In this document: positions 17,729 through 26,835 of the stretch, one piece after another
Numbering within the stretch: position 1 is the first letter of the stretch
How the letters are laid out: each line of letters begins with the position of its first letter
Source: Candidatus Saccharimonadota bacterium
Lineage (GTDB): Bacteria; Patescibacteriota; Saccharimonadia; Saccharimonadales; JAXHNE01
Reading direction: 5' to 3'
NCBI GenBank assembly: GCA_034520885.1
Contig: JAXHNE010000009.1
Coordinates: 130,431-194,430, forward strand
DNA: 64,000 bases
Notes under the pieces: model-generated
The model's input: only the letters and a program-made list of their open reading frames with translations
Told to the model about the DNA's origin: nothing
The model's database searches: none
Position numbers and translations under genes: made by a program

Positions 17729-19249
17729 CTAGATTTCGTTAAGAACTTCCACTTTAGCGCCCAAACTATTCAGGCGTTCGGCAATGTTTTCGTATCCCCG
17801 GTTAATGGAATATATATTCCGTAATTTACTGGTACCTTCGGCCGCCAGCATGCCAATGAGTAAGATCGCGGCGGGGCGAAGCGCCGGGGGACACGTAATG
17901 TCGGCCGCGGAAAACTTGGTTATTCCGCGAACATAGACTCTATGAGCGTCAATAAGTTCCACGTTGGCTCCGAGCCGGGAAAGTTCGGTAAAGTAAATTG
18001 CCCGGTTCTCATACATCCAATCGTGCAGCAAGGTACGGCCTTTGGCGACCGCGGCAATCGGCACAAAAAACGGTAAGTTATCCGGCAGTAGGCCCGGATA
18101 GGGCAGTGGGTGGAGTTTTTCAACGGGTGCTTTCAGGCTGCCATTGTGCTTATGTATGGTTATATCGGTTAAATTCGTCCAACCATTCTTGCTTTTGTAG
18201 ATGGCCGACGACGTCATTTTTAGACCCATTTTTTCCAGCTTCATGAGCTCGACTTCCAAAAAATCAAAGGGAACATGCTTTATGGTGATTTGCGAATTAG
18301 TCGTCACCGCCGTAGATACGAAAAACATGGCATCCAGCGGATCTTCGCACACCCTGTACGAAATATTCTTTTTGATATGCGGAACGCCTTCTATTTTCAA
18401 GCTGGACGTACCGATACCGGAAATCTTAACGCCGAGTTTTTTTAGAAAATGGCAAAGATCTTGAATATTGTAATTAGAGGAAGCCATCTTTATGCTGCTC
18501 GTACCTTTGGCCCGCGCGGCGGCCATCAATATATTTTCGGTCGGCGTTTCTCCCATTTCATAAAGCACGACGTCGGCCGCGGTCGGATCCTTCACCTTCA
18601 TGTTGTAAAACCCGGTGACGACTTGCGTTTTCACGCCGAAATCTTCCAGGGCGTACAAGTGCGCCTGCACGGAGCGTTTGCCTAATTTGCACCCACCGGC
18701 ATACGGAATACGAAATTGTTTGGAGTCGTGAAGCAGCGGCCCGGCCAGCATAATGACGCTGCGGGTGCGGCGTGCGGCGGAAGAGTCAATGGCGTCAAGG
18801 TCGAGCTTTTCGGGAGGCTTTATTTCCAAAGAATTGCCATTGAACCAACGAATGCTTACGCCGATACTTTGTAACACCTCAACGATCCGGTTAACTTCCT
18901 CGATTTTGGGAACGTCAATCAACTTGGTGGTGCCTTTGTTGAGGAGGCTGGCGCACAAAAGCGCTACCGCGCTGTTTTTGGCGGTTTTGGTATGGATGGT
19001 TCCGGAAAGTTCTTGCCCGCCTTCCACGCGAAAGTTAATGGACTGGCCGGAGATGGAAATAATCGGTTTTTGTAAAACGTCACTAATACGGCCAAGCATC
19101 TCCAGGCTGAGATTTTGCCTGCCTTTTTCTATGCGATTTACCGCGCTTTGGCTGGTATTCATGCGCCGGGCGAACTCGGCTTGGGTCAAACCACGTTCTT
19201 GCCTTAGCTGGTAAATTAGTTGGCCTACTTTTTCGTTTGTCGTGGACAC
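17729..19249 (-). CDS. murA: UDP-N-acetylglucosamine 1-carboxyvinyltransferase (MurA) with an N-terminal XRE-type HTH domain
   Basis: HTH: VGQLIYQLRQERGLTQAEFARRMNTSQSAVNRIEKGRQNLSLEMLGRI. MurA body: GTIHTKTAKNSAVALLCASLL, with the active-site loop AGGCKLGKRSVQAH. The ORF is open up to 19393, but that overlaps glyA, so GTG 19249 is the likely start. Confidence 0.85.
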   Translation of the reverse strand: MSTTNEKVGQLIYQLRQERGLTQAEFARRMNTSQSAVNRIEKGRQNLSLEMLGRISDVLQKPIISISGQSINFRVEGGQELSGTIHTKTAKNSAVALLCASLLNKGTTKLIDVPKIEEVNRIVEVLQSIGVSIRWFNGNSLEIKPPEKLDLDAIDSSAARRTRSVIMLAGPLLHDSKQFRIPYAGGCKLGKRSVQAHLYALEDFGVKTQVVTGFYNMKVKDPTAADVVLYEMGETPTENILMAAARAKGTSSIKMASSNYNIQDLCHFLKKLGVKISGIGTSSLKIEGVPHIKKNISYRVCEDPLDAMFFVSTAVTTNSQITIKHVPFDFLEVELMKLEKMGLKMTSSAIYKSKNGWTNLTDITIHKHNGSLKAPVEKLHPLPYPGLLPDNLPFFVPIAAVAKGRTLLHDWMYENRAIYFTELSRLGANVELIDAHRVYVRGITKFSAADITCPPALRPAAILLIGMLAAEGTSKLRNIYSINRGYENIAERLNSLGAKVEVLNEI

Positions 19250-19373
19250 AGTGCCAACAATTATATCGCTTGTGATATGAAAATCAAGAGAGATTTTATA
19301 TCGATGAAGTGCTAAAATACGAAATATGTTATAGCCAAAGCGACTACTTCGTGAGAATGAATAAATCGAAAGG

Positions 19374-20642
19374 GTGTCAGTTATGGACGACAAAGAAATT
19401 GCAGCGTTAATCGATAAAGAAACCGATCGCCAAGCCGAAGGCCTGGAAATGATTCCCAGCGAGAATCATACGTCCGGTGACGTATTAAAAGCACTCGGAT
19501 CACGGTTAACCGACAAATATTCCGAAGGCTACCCGGGCAAAAGGTATTACGGTGGTTGTGAATTCGTTGACCAAGTGGAGGACATTGCCCGCGAACGCGC
19601 TAAAAAACTATTCGGCGTTAATCACGCTAACGTGCAGGCATATTCCGGCTCCCCCGCGAATTTGGCAGTGTATTACGCGCTGCTTGACCCGGGCGACACG
19701 GTATTGGGGCTTGGAATGGCCTTCGGCGGCCACTTAACGCACGGACTGAAAGTAAACTTTTCCGGCACGCTGTATAATTCCGTAAGTTATCAAACCGGCA
19801 AGGACGGGTATCTTGACTACGATGAAATCGCCGCTTTGGCAAGGGAGCATCGGCCAAAAATGCTAATAGCCGGTGCTACGGCTTATCCCCGGGTATTTGA
19901 TTGGGAAAAATTGCGAGCCATTGCCGATGAAGTTGGCGCCTGGTTCTTAGCGGACATTTCACACATTGCCGGGTTGGTGGTCGCGGGCGTACATCCGTCG
20001 CCCGCCGGTATCGCGGACGTTATTACGACTACGACGCATAAAACACTCCGCGGTCCGCGAGGGGCTTTGATTTTATGTAACGGCAATGCTTCGAATCCCT
20101 TGAAACGGGTAGAGCGTTCCAAGGAAAACCTGCCGTCACTGATTGACCGGGCGATTATTCCCGGCTTGCAAGGCGGGCCGCATAATCACCAAACCGCCGC
20201 GATTGCCGTGGCGCTACGGGAAGCGGCTACCGACGATTTCAAGGTTTACGGGAAGCAAGTCGTGAAAAATGCCCAAAAACTGGCCGAATGTTTGAGCGAA
20301 AAAGGCTATGACTTGGTGACGGGCGGCACGGATAATCACTTACTCTTAATTGACCTTTCGAGTAAAGGCGTGACTGGCAAAGAAGCGGAAGACGCTCTCG
20401 GGAAAGTCGGCATCACGGTAAATAAAAACACCGTACCGTTCGATACGCGAAAACCCTTTGATCCGAGCGGCATACGGATGGGTACGCCAGCCCTGACGAC
20501 GCGGGGCATGAAGGAAGGCGAGATGGAGCAAATCGCTGAATGGATTGACCGAGCGATTACAGTGCGAAACGACCAAGCAGCCTTGGCAAAAATCCAGCAC
20601 GAGGTTCGTACTTTGGCTGATCAGTTTCCACTTCCTGACTAG
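19374..20642 (+). CDS. glyA: Serine hydroxymethyltransferase
   Basis: 422 aa. LEMIPSENHTS, YPGKRYYGGCEFVD and the PLP-lysine block TTTTHKTLRGPRG. Confidence 0.96.
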   Translation: MSVMDDKEIAALIDKETDRQAEGLEMIPSENHTSGDVLKALGSRLTDKYSEGYPGKRYYGGCEFVDQVEDIARERAKKLFGVNHANVQAYSGSPANLAVYYALLDPGDTVLGLGMAFGGHLTHGLKVNFSGTLYNSVSYQTGKDGYLDYDEIAALAREHRPKMLIAGATAYPRVFDWEKLRAIADEVGAWFLADISHIAGLVVAGVHPSPAGIADVITTTTHKTLRGPRGALILCNGNASNPLKRVERSKENLPSLIDRAIIPGLQGGPHNHQTAAIAVALREAATDDFKVYGKQVVKNAQKLAECLSEKGYDLVTGGTDNHLLLIDLSSKGVTGKEAEDALGKVGITVNKNTVPFDTRKPFDPSGIRMGTPALTTRGMKEGEMEQIAEWIDRAITVRNDQAALAKIQHEVRTLADQFPLPD

Positions 20643-21246
20643 ACGCGTTTTGACTTTTCGCTTCTTCTTGGGCCATCGTAATGGCTTCCGGTATGTCTCG
20701 CCACATCGACAACACGCCGTATTCCGCCGCCTCGTGTATGAATAATTTTACGCACGAATCGGGTATAGTAATACTCCCAACCTCGTTGCCTTCTCGCAAC
20801 TCTTTGGGTCTTCCAAAATGAACCTGGGTATCGTAGGCTTCTTTAAGTTGATTTGATGCCGAACGTAACTGGTCGTCGGGGTTTTCAACGTCGGCGTAAC
20901 TTTTTACGACACTGGCGGCAACGGGTTTCGTCATGTCGTCTATGAATCTCCCGGCCCCTTTTACCGCTTCGGTTTGTGACGCGCCAAAACTCGTGAAATG
21001 TTCGTATAACTCACAAGCATATAAACTCAGGTTATATTGAAACTCGGCAATGGTTTGATCTTTATTTTCAAGATCGGTATGGGCTTCCGGGCCGCGCCTC
21101 TTAAGAAGTTCCCGAAAGTTTAACTGCGCACTCTCCAAGGAAGCGTATGGGCTGACATCCCTGGGTGTATGTTCAAGCGTCTCCCCACTGATGCCGTAAT
21201 CCGGCATTTCCATAAGTGGCTGTTTTTCCGCTTCGAGCAGTGACAT
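20557..21246 (-). CDS. Hypothetical protein
   Basis: 229-aa ORF convergent with glyA, overlapping its 3' end by 86 nt. No recognisable motif. Confidence 0.4.
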   Translation of the reverse strand: MSLLEAEKQPLMEMPDYGISGETLEHTPRDVSPYASLESAQLNFRELLKRRGPEAHTDLENKDQTIAEFQYNLSLYACELYEHFTSFGASQTEAVKGAGRFIDDMTKPVAASVVKSYADVENPDDQLRSASNQLKEAYDTQVHFGRPKELREGNEVGSITIPDSCVKLFIHEAAEYGVLSMWRDIPEAITMAQEEAKSQNASSQEVETDQPKYEPRAGFLPRLLGRFAL

Positions 21247-21309
21247 TTTTAATGTTAACCTTTGTTTTTAAAGTTTAATGCTTATGTACAATATAACAAC
21301 GTTTTGTGC

Positions 21310-22365
21310 TTATGGCAAGAGCTCGGGTTCTTGCCGGAGTTCTATGCCAAACTTTTCATGAACCGCGTTTACGATTTTTTGCTTGAAATTCAGAAGGTCT
21401 TGCGTGCTTTTAGCGTGTTCGTTTACCAGCACCAGCGGCTGTTTTTCCCAGGTTCTCATGCCCGTTTCGTTATCGTGCACATTTTTGAATCCGGCACGTT
21501 CCACGAGCCAGGCTGCGGATAGTTTTACTTGCCCGGAGTCCAGCCTCCAATACGTCATGTCCGGGTACATATCGGTAAGGTTATTCACGAAGTCTTGCGA
21601 AACGATCGGATTTTGAAAAAAAGAGCCATTATTGGCGTGTAGCTTGGGGTCTGGTAGCTTTTCGGAGCGGATGGCGATTACCGCTTGTCGTATGGATTGT
21701 GGCGAGTAGTCGGTGACGTTGTTTTCACTTAAGTATTTTTGTAGTGACGCGTAAAAAGGCGGACGCATGGGGCTTTTGGTGAGCCGCAGCGTGATGGCCG
21801 TAATGATATAACGATTTTTTTCGGTCGTCTTAAACTTGCTGGTGCGGTAGGCGAATTCGCACTCGCTGCCCCGGATCGTTACCAGTTGCCCTTGAGTTAC
21901 GTCGTAGGCTTCAATGGCCATAAGGACGTCGGATATTTCGCTGCCGTAGGCGCCGACGTTCTGCACTGGGGTCGCTCCGGCGGTTCCGGGAATTAACGAC
22001 AACGTTTCAATACCGCTAAGACCATTGTTTACGGTACGCTCTACTACTTCGTCCCAGTTTTCTCCTCCGCCGGCGGTTACGTAGGTGGTTTCGGCGTCGT
22101 GTTCATAAAGTTCGAAATGCTTAATTTTGTTGACGACAACCAAGCCGGGGAAGCCTTCGTCCCGCCAGATAATATTGCTGCCTTCGCCAATAACAATGAA
22201 CGGTAGGGAGCGGGACTGCGCCCATTCCACCGCCTCTTGAGCTTGCGACCTATCGGTAACTTCTACTAAGTGTGCCGCCACACCGCCAAGTCGCATGGTG
22301 GAAAAAGCGTTAAGCGGGACGTTATTACGTACGAACATTATGATTAGTTTTGCATGTATTGGCAC
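21310..22365 (-). CDS. murB: UDP-N-acetylenolpyruvoylglucosamine reductase
   Basis: 351 aa. NVPLNAFSTMRLGGVAAHLVEV...PFIVIGEGSNIIW (FAD-binding) and the C-terminal MurB blocks GSFFQNP and SAAWLVERAGFK. The start may be the Met at 22338. Confidence 0.9.
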   Translation of the reverse strand: MPIHAKLIIMFVRNNVPLNAFSTMRLGGVAAHLVEVTDRSQAQEAVEWAQSRSLPFIVIGEGSNIIWRDEGFPGLVVVNKIKHFELYEHDAETTYVTAGGGENWDEVVERTVNNGLSGIETLSLIPGTAGATPVQNVGAYGSEISDVLMAIEAYDVTQGQLVTIRGSECEFAYRTSKFKTTEKNRYIITAITLRLTKSPMRPPFYASLQKYLSENNVTDYSPQSIRQAVIAIRSEKLPDPKLHANNGSFFQNPIVSQDFVNNLTDMYPDMTYWRLDSGQVKLSAAWLVERAGFKNVHDNETGMRTWEKQPLVLVNEHAKSTQDLLNFKQKIVNAVHEKFGIELRQEPELLP

Positions 22366-22431
22366 AATTTTCTAGCTCCGGGGCGTTTATTTGCTTGCAT
22401 CGTTTCGTGGCGGCGAGTACCATGGAACCGA

Positions 22432-22980
22432 ATGGAGCGACAACAAGAGCACCAACCCTACAAACGGCTTGGTAAATATCTCAAGCAACTTCGGCTTAAT
22501 TTACACGAGTCGTTAGCCGAGGTGTCCGGGGCGGTAGAGCTGGACACCCACCATCTTTCGGAAATCGAAACCGGTAAAAAACGCCCCTCGGAGGACATCC
22601 TCCTTCTACTTATCAGCCATTTTAACGTTAAAGAGGACGAAGCGGTAAGGCTTTGGGAGCTCGCGGACTTTGATAAAAGCCAGATTCCCGGTAACGAACA
22701 AGCGACCAACTCGCCAAAAGCCAAGGAAACCGCTTTCGTGGCACCGGAAGAGTTGCGCATCTCCTATACCGATATGGTGCACGTTTCCGTGAATAACTAC
22801 GGAGTGGTCATGAATTTTATGCAGGGTAACGGTGTCGAAGGGCAGCCGATGATCGTCTCCCGCGTGGGCATGAGCAAGGAACACGCCAAAAGCATGATTG
22901 AGCTTTTGCGAAAAACCATTGATCTTAACGAACAAAAACAGTTGCCGTCACCCGACTCCAAACAAGACAAGCAACAGTAA
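22432..22980 (+). CDS. XRE-family HTH protein with a DUF3467-like C-terminal domain
   Basis: The start is taken at MERQQEHQ. HTH: LGKYLKQLRLNLHESLAEVSGAVELDTHHLSEIETGKKRPS. The C-terminal VNNYGVVMNFMQ...VSRVGMSKEHAKSMIELLRKTI is DUF3467-like. Confidence 0.6.
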   Translation: MERQQEHQPYKRLGKYLKQLRLNLHESLAEVSGAVELDTHHLSEIETGKKRPSEDILLLLISHFNVKEDEAVRLWELADFDKSQIPGNEQATNSPKAKETAFVAPEELRISYTDMVHVSVNNYGVVMNFMQGNGVEGQPMIVSRVGMSKEHAKSMIELLRKTIDLNEQKQLPSPDSKQDKQQ

Positions 22981-23014
22981 ATCTGGTATACTTTGCCTCT
23001 GTCGCGCCCAGTGC

Positions 23015-23090
23015 GCCCGAGTAGCTCAGTGGATAGAGCGTCTGGCTTCGGACCAGAAAGTCGGGGGTTCGAATCCCTCCTCGGGTACCA
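23015..23090 (+). tRNA. tRNA-Arg (anticodon TCG), CCA encoded
   Basis: Acceptor GCCCGAG/CTCGGGT (G1-U72), D arm GCTC/GAGC, anticodon arm TCTGG-CTTCGGA-CCAGA, T arm GGGGG-TTCGAAT-CCCTC, ACCA. Confidence 0.9.
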
Positions 23091-23250
23091 TATAAAATTA
23101 TCCGGTTTATCGGATGGTTTTATATGGTAAAGGAAGCGAATGAACTGCTTCATTCGCGTGGGATTCGAACAGGCGCAGCTTTGCCGAGCCATTCAGTGAG
23201 GCAGCGAGCCGGGGTCGACAGCGAAAAGCGAAAGCTTTTCGACTGGTGAC

Positions 23251-23274
23251 TCGAAAATCCCTCCTCGGGTACCA
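23251..23274 (+). repeat. Duplicate of the tRNA-Arg(TCG) 3' end (att-like)
   Basis: TCGAAAATCCCTCCTCGGGTACCA. The last 19 nt (23256-23274) are identical to 23072-23090. The copies are separated by about 160 bp of hairpin-rich sequence. Confidence 0.9.
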
Positions 23275-23322
23275 AAAATGAAATGTCGGCTCGAGCTGAC
23301 TTTTTATTGATAAAATTAATAC

Positions 23323-23829
23323 ATGCCAACGATAGTTGTCGATGAGGCCTACCAAAGCGGATATACCTATGTGCTTACCGAGCCGGAAGGTAAAAACTTT
23401 GACCCGGTATTTACTCCGGACTTAACGCCCGCACAAATGCTCCATTTGGGGGTTTTTGGTGGGGATTATTTTCAGGAAATACCCAGTGAATTTCCCAGGA
23501 GTTGGTTTGCGGGGGTGGAGCTTTCCAAAACGGGATCGGCGGACAAAAGCTTAAATTATTTCAAAGTGAATGCCAGTCAACCGCTAAACGTCTGGCAGAA
23601 GAAGGGGTGGATATATTTCGAGGACCCGAAAGGATGGTTTTTATGGTACTGTCGATATTACCTCGGTCGCAGGATACTCAAAGAAGACAAACGACAAATC
23701 AAACGCTGGAAAGCGATAAAGCGACACGTCACACAAATTCAAAAAAACTGCCAAGTAGGGGATGAGTCGTGTCGGCCTCGTCAACGCCAAGCGGTGCTCC
23801 ACTGGGCATACGATTCCAGGAAACTCTAG
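23323..23829 (+). CDS. Conserved hypothetical protein
   Basis: 168 aa. Distinctive blocks LTPAQMLHLGVFGGDYF and GWFLWYCRYYLGRR. I cannot name the family. Confidence 0.5.
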   Translation: MPTIVVDEAYQSGYTYVLTEPEGKNFDPVFTPDLTPAQMLHLGVFGGDYFQEIPSEFPRSWFAGVELSKTGSADKSLNYFKVNASQPLNVWQKKGWIYFEDPKGWFLWYCRYYLGRRILKEDKRQIKRWKAIKRHVTQIQKNCQVGDESCRPRQRQAVLHWAYDSRKL

Positions 23830-24276
23830 TCAGTTAATTCGCTGCGGAGAGTCGGGGAAGCCACTCTCCAGGCCGTCAATAATAGCTTGATGCAGCTGTG
23901 GCGTACGAAAAGGGAGCCTTTTAAAAGCACTCGTGGATACCCAAAGTGGTTTGTGCACATTCATACCGAGTTTATTCATAAGCGCTTCTTCCGAATAGCT
24001 CTGGATATTTACTTCACTATCTGAACTTGCTTCGCACAAATAAATATGCTGTTCGTCGTACGGCGGACGGTGTTTTTCATAAAATACTTCACTAGCTGAA
24101 GTAATGGTCAAACCGGTTTCTTCCATGACTTCACGTTTAAGGGCGTCCAACAAGTCCTCACCTTCGTTAACCTGTCCACCGACTAACGTGTAGTACTGGT
24201 GGCCATGTTTATTACGAAACATTACCAGTAGTTCGTCATCTTTAAGAATAATGGCCCGGGTCGCTACTTTGCTCAT
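23830..24276 (-). CDS. NUDIX hydrolase
   Basis: 148 aa. Nudix box GGQVNEGEDLLDALKREVMEETGL. Confidence 0.82.
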   Translation of the reverse strand: MSKVATRAIILKDDELLVMFRNKHGHQYYTLVGGQVNEGEDLLDALKREVMEETGLTITSASEVFYEKHRPPYDEQHIYLCEASSDSEVNIQSYSEEALMNKLGMNVHKPLWVSTSAFKRLPFRTPQLHQAIIDGLESGFPDSPQRIN

Positions 24277-24487
24277 CCCTGGCAGTATAGCGTTTTTGGC
24301 GTAAAAATATAGTATATCTTTTTTTGTGAACTACTGTTATACTGGCGGCACTAGAAATAGCTGCGACGAATTCAAAGTGAAAGAGTGTTCTAGTGTTAAT
24401 AAGTAATGTTCGGTGTAAGGAGCAGCTATCTGCTAACTCCCAAATAAATGAGAGTTGCCAGAATCCTTAGGAACAAAAGGAGAAATA

Positions 24488-24754
24488 ATGGCAACTAATT
24501 TATTTGTTGGTGGTCTACCGTACGCGGTTGACGACAGTCAACTCGAGGAAACATTCGCGGCAATCGGCGCGGTGAAATCCGCAAAGGTTATCGTTGACCG
24601 TGACACGAACCGTTCCAAAGGTTTCGGTTTCGTGGAAATGGAAAACGAAGATGACGCCAAAAAAGCCATCGATGAGTTGAACAACTCTGACATGGGCGGC
24701 CGCAATATCGTGGTCAACGAAGCCCGCCCACGCGAAGAACGACCTCGCCGATAA
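24488..24754 (+). CDS. RRM-type RNA-binding protein
   Basis: 88 aa from the ATG after AAAGGAG. RNP2 is LFVGGL and RNP1 is KGFGFVEM. The C-terminal tail is basic. Confidence 0.88.
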   Translation: MATNLFVGGLPYAVDDSQLEETFAAIGAVKSAKVIVDRDTNRSKGFGFVEMENEDDAKKAIDELNNSDMGGRNIVVNEARPREERPRR

Positions 24755-24840
24755 CGGCCAGAACGTTTTACAATAAAGACTCCCGGATAATCGGGAGTCT
24801 TTTTGTTTGGTCGTTTCGTAGGGGTAGCCCGAGGCCGCGC

Positions 24841-25818
24841 CTACCCGCGAACAACTAAAAAGATAATGTAAATTATATATCCCGAAAGTAACGAGGCGCC
24901 ACCGAACCGGGTAAGCCGGTGCTTTTTGCCGACGAACACGAACAAAAAGAGCAGCACCATGGCCACGATGGCGAAAATTAAGTCGGCATTGAGTTCCCGG
25001 GAAAACGGCAACGGCAAGATGGTGCTGGTGGTGCCCAGTACAAAGAAGGCGTTAAAAATGTTGGAGCCCACGGCGTTACCCACGGCGATATCCGGTTGGC
25101 CTTTAAGGGCGGCAATAACCGAGGTGGCGAGTTCGGGCAGGGACGTACCGATTGCCAGTATGGTCAATCCTATGAGCGCTTCTGATAATCCGGCAATGGC
25201 GGCGATCTCCACGGCACCGTTAACGAGTAAACGGCCGCCTATAACGAGCCCCGCGAGCCCGCCAATGCTGAATAATAATGATATGGGAACACTGTATTTG
25301 GACGTCGAGCCCCCGGCTTCGGACATCATTTTCTGATCGTCTTTTTGGCTTTTGGCCAGTCCGTAAATGTAATACATGAATACCCCGAGCAGGGAAATAA
25401 GCACGATTCCTTCGCTCCTGGACAGGACATTCGGGCCAAGGCCATCTATCAAAACGTCATTGGCCATAACGAATACCAATCCGGCGCCAAGTAAGGCGAA
25501 AGGAATTTCCTTATAAACGGTAGAAGCTTTGACCGTGAGCGGTACGATCAGTGCGCTAACACCAAGAATCAAAAATATGTTGGCGATACTACTACCAACG
25601 ACGTTCCCGATGGCCAAGTCCGAAGATCCGCCTACGGCGGCGATGAGGTTAATAGTCAGCTCCGGTGCCGATGTTCCAAAAGACACGACCGTCAGGCCGA
25701 TTATAAGCGGGGAAACGCGAAACTTCTTGGCCAGCGAGGCCGCGCCGCGTACCAATCCTTCGGCGCCGCCAATAAGTACGCAGAGCCCAACCAATACGGA
25801 AATAATCGCGATAAACAT
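24841..25818 (-). CDS. CaCA-family Na+/Ca2+ exchanger (YrbG-like)
   Basis: 325 aa with two alpha-repeat signatures: [14 protein letters not shown] and [13 protein letters not shown]. Confidence 0.85.
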   Translation of the reverse strand: MFIAIISVLVGLCVLIGGAEGLVRGAASLAKKFRVSPLIIGLTVVSFGTSAPELTINLIAAVGGSSDLAIGNVVGSSIANIFLILGVSALIVPLTVKASTVYKEIPFALLGAGLVFVMANDVLIDGLGPNVLSRSEGIVLISLLGVFMYYIYGLAKSQKDDQKMMSEAGGSTSKYSVPISLLFSIGGLAGLVIGGRLLVNGAVEIAAIAGLSEALIGLTILAIGTSLPELATSVIAALKGQPDIAVGNAVGSNIFNAFFVLGTTSTILPLPFSRELNADLIFAIVAMVLLFLFVFVGKKHRLTRFGGASLLSGYIIYIIFLVVRG

Positions 25819-25987
25819 TCCTTAAAGTATAGCAATAAAATCTCCGCCACACATAGATGCATACGAAAATATGTCGAACTCAAAGCATTAAAATAAAACT
25901 CAGCTTTAAAGCCGAGTTAAAGCTGAGTTTTACTATAAAACGAAACAGTTTTTTTGAGTGCAGAGTTTTTGCGGGCCGTTTTTACTT

Positions 25988-26132
25988 CACTTCACTAAAA
26001 TTCCGAGCGGCACACTTCAAGTTAATAAAATTGTGGCAAGCCTGGCGGCCTGCCACACGTAGCCTTGGCGAAGTGTGGAGGGCCTCTCCTTCGCTGAAGC
26101 TTCGGTGAGCAGGCCGGTGGGACTTGGTCACA
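25988..26132. repeat. ~145-bp direct repeat, copy 1, flanking the GIY-YIG gene
   Basis: It aligns along its whole length with 26422-26567. The core GCCTGCCACACGTAGCCTTGGCGAAGTGTGGAGGGCCTCTCCTTCGCTGAAGCTTCGGTGA is identical in both copies. Confidence 0.85.
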
Positions 26133-26169
26133 AGTTCCGCCTTTGGCGGATCGTATAACTCACTGTAGT

Positions 26170-26406
26170 TTATATAAGATGTTTGTTGCGGAACGCTTGC
26201 CCCGAGCCCGTTTTAAGGTATTCTTCGAATTCTAAAGCTCTCCTCTTGGAATTAAACGCACAGTAATAAATAAGCTTTATTGGTCTGTAGCCTTTTGTTG
26301 CCAGAACATTACCCTTCTGATGTTTCTCCAGTCGCGCTTTGACATCCTTTGTTGAGCCAGTATAGGTTTCGCCGGTAGATAATCTTAACAGGTAAACATA
26401 GTACAT
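26170..26406 (-). CDS. Small GIY-YIG nuclease-domain protein
   Basis: 78 aa. MYYVYLLRLSTGETYTGSTKDVKARLEKHQKG...E..LK is the GIY-YIG/URI core. Confidence 0.75.
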   Translation of the reverse strand: MYYVYLLRLSTGETYTGSTKDVKARLEKHQKGNVLATKGYRPIKLIYYCAFNSKRRALEFEEYLKTGSGQAFRNKHLI

Positions 26407-26421
26407 GGACTTATTTTAGCC

Positions 26422-26567
26422 CCACTTCACTAAAGTTTCGAGGGGCACACTTCACGTTAATAAAAAGTGTGGCCGGCCTGATGGCCTGCCACACGTAGCC
26501 TTGGCGAAGTGTGGAGGGCCTCTCCTTCGCTGAAGCTTCGGTGAACAGGCCGGTGGAACTTGGTCAC
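26422..26567. repeat. ~145-bp direct repeat, copy 2
   Basis: See copy 1. Divergence is concentrated in the first ~50 nt. Confidence 0.85.
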
Positions 26568-26666
26568 AGTCTCTCGCGACACCATTTTTATGTGCCGTTA
26601 ATTCAAAAATCTAACTAAAAACTAAAATCCTCCATAGCTGACCCTGAAAGGGTCTGCGACGGAGGA

Positions 26667-26683
26667 TGGAGGGCCCAGTGGGA
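26667..26683 (-). repeat. Exact 17-nt duplicate of the tRNA-Lys 3' end (att-like)
   Basis: TGGAGGGCCCAGTGGGA (plus-strand reading) at 26667-26683 is identical to 26836-26852. It lies downstream of the tRNA in tRNA orientation. Confidence 0.9.
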
Positions 26684-26835
26684 ATACGGGGTATATTCCG
26701 CCCGAGCTGCGAGTAAGGCCTTCGGCTTTCCTCGGTCTCGCTTGAATATCGAACCCCGCTCGCAAGCTCGCTTATGTGGGTTCGAGACACAAACACAACC
26801 AATTAAAACACCCCGGCTATGCGGGGTGTTTTAAT

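Noticed and set aside
20557-20642. 86-nt convergent overlap between glyA and the 229-aa hypothetical ORF as a regulatory antisense arrangement
   Set aside because: The hypothetical ORF has no supporting motifs and its C-terminal tail may simply be over-extended. There is not enough evidence to interpret it.
23140-23274. Reading the tRNA-Arg downstream insert plus the duplicated 3' end as a 92-nt class II tRNA
   Set aside because: The candidate acceptor 5' strand (TGCCGAG) pairs at only 5 of 7 positions. The sequence 5' of the duplicated T loop (GTGAC) cannot pair with CCCTC, so no T arm forms.
25857-26108. 83-aa plus-strand ORF and other small ORFs (26611-26802 minus, 26905-27096 plus) around tRNA-Lys
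   Set aside because: They lie within repeats, terminator hairpins or tRNA-flanking structure. They have no SD and their composition is dictated by the repeats.
26720-26801. Plus-strand tRNA-like 3' end (..TGTGGGTTCGAGACACAAACACAACCA) ending just before the shared terminator
   Set aside because: The T stem has only 4 bp with a 9-nt loop, and no complementary acceptor 5' strand (TTGTGTT) exists upstream. It is treated as a decayed fragment.
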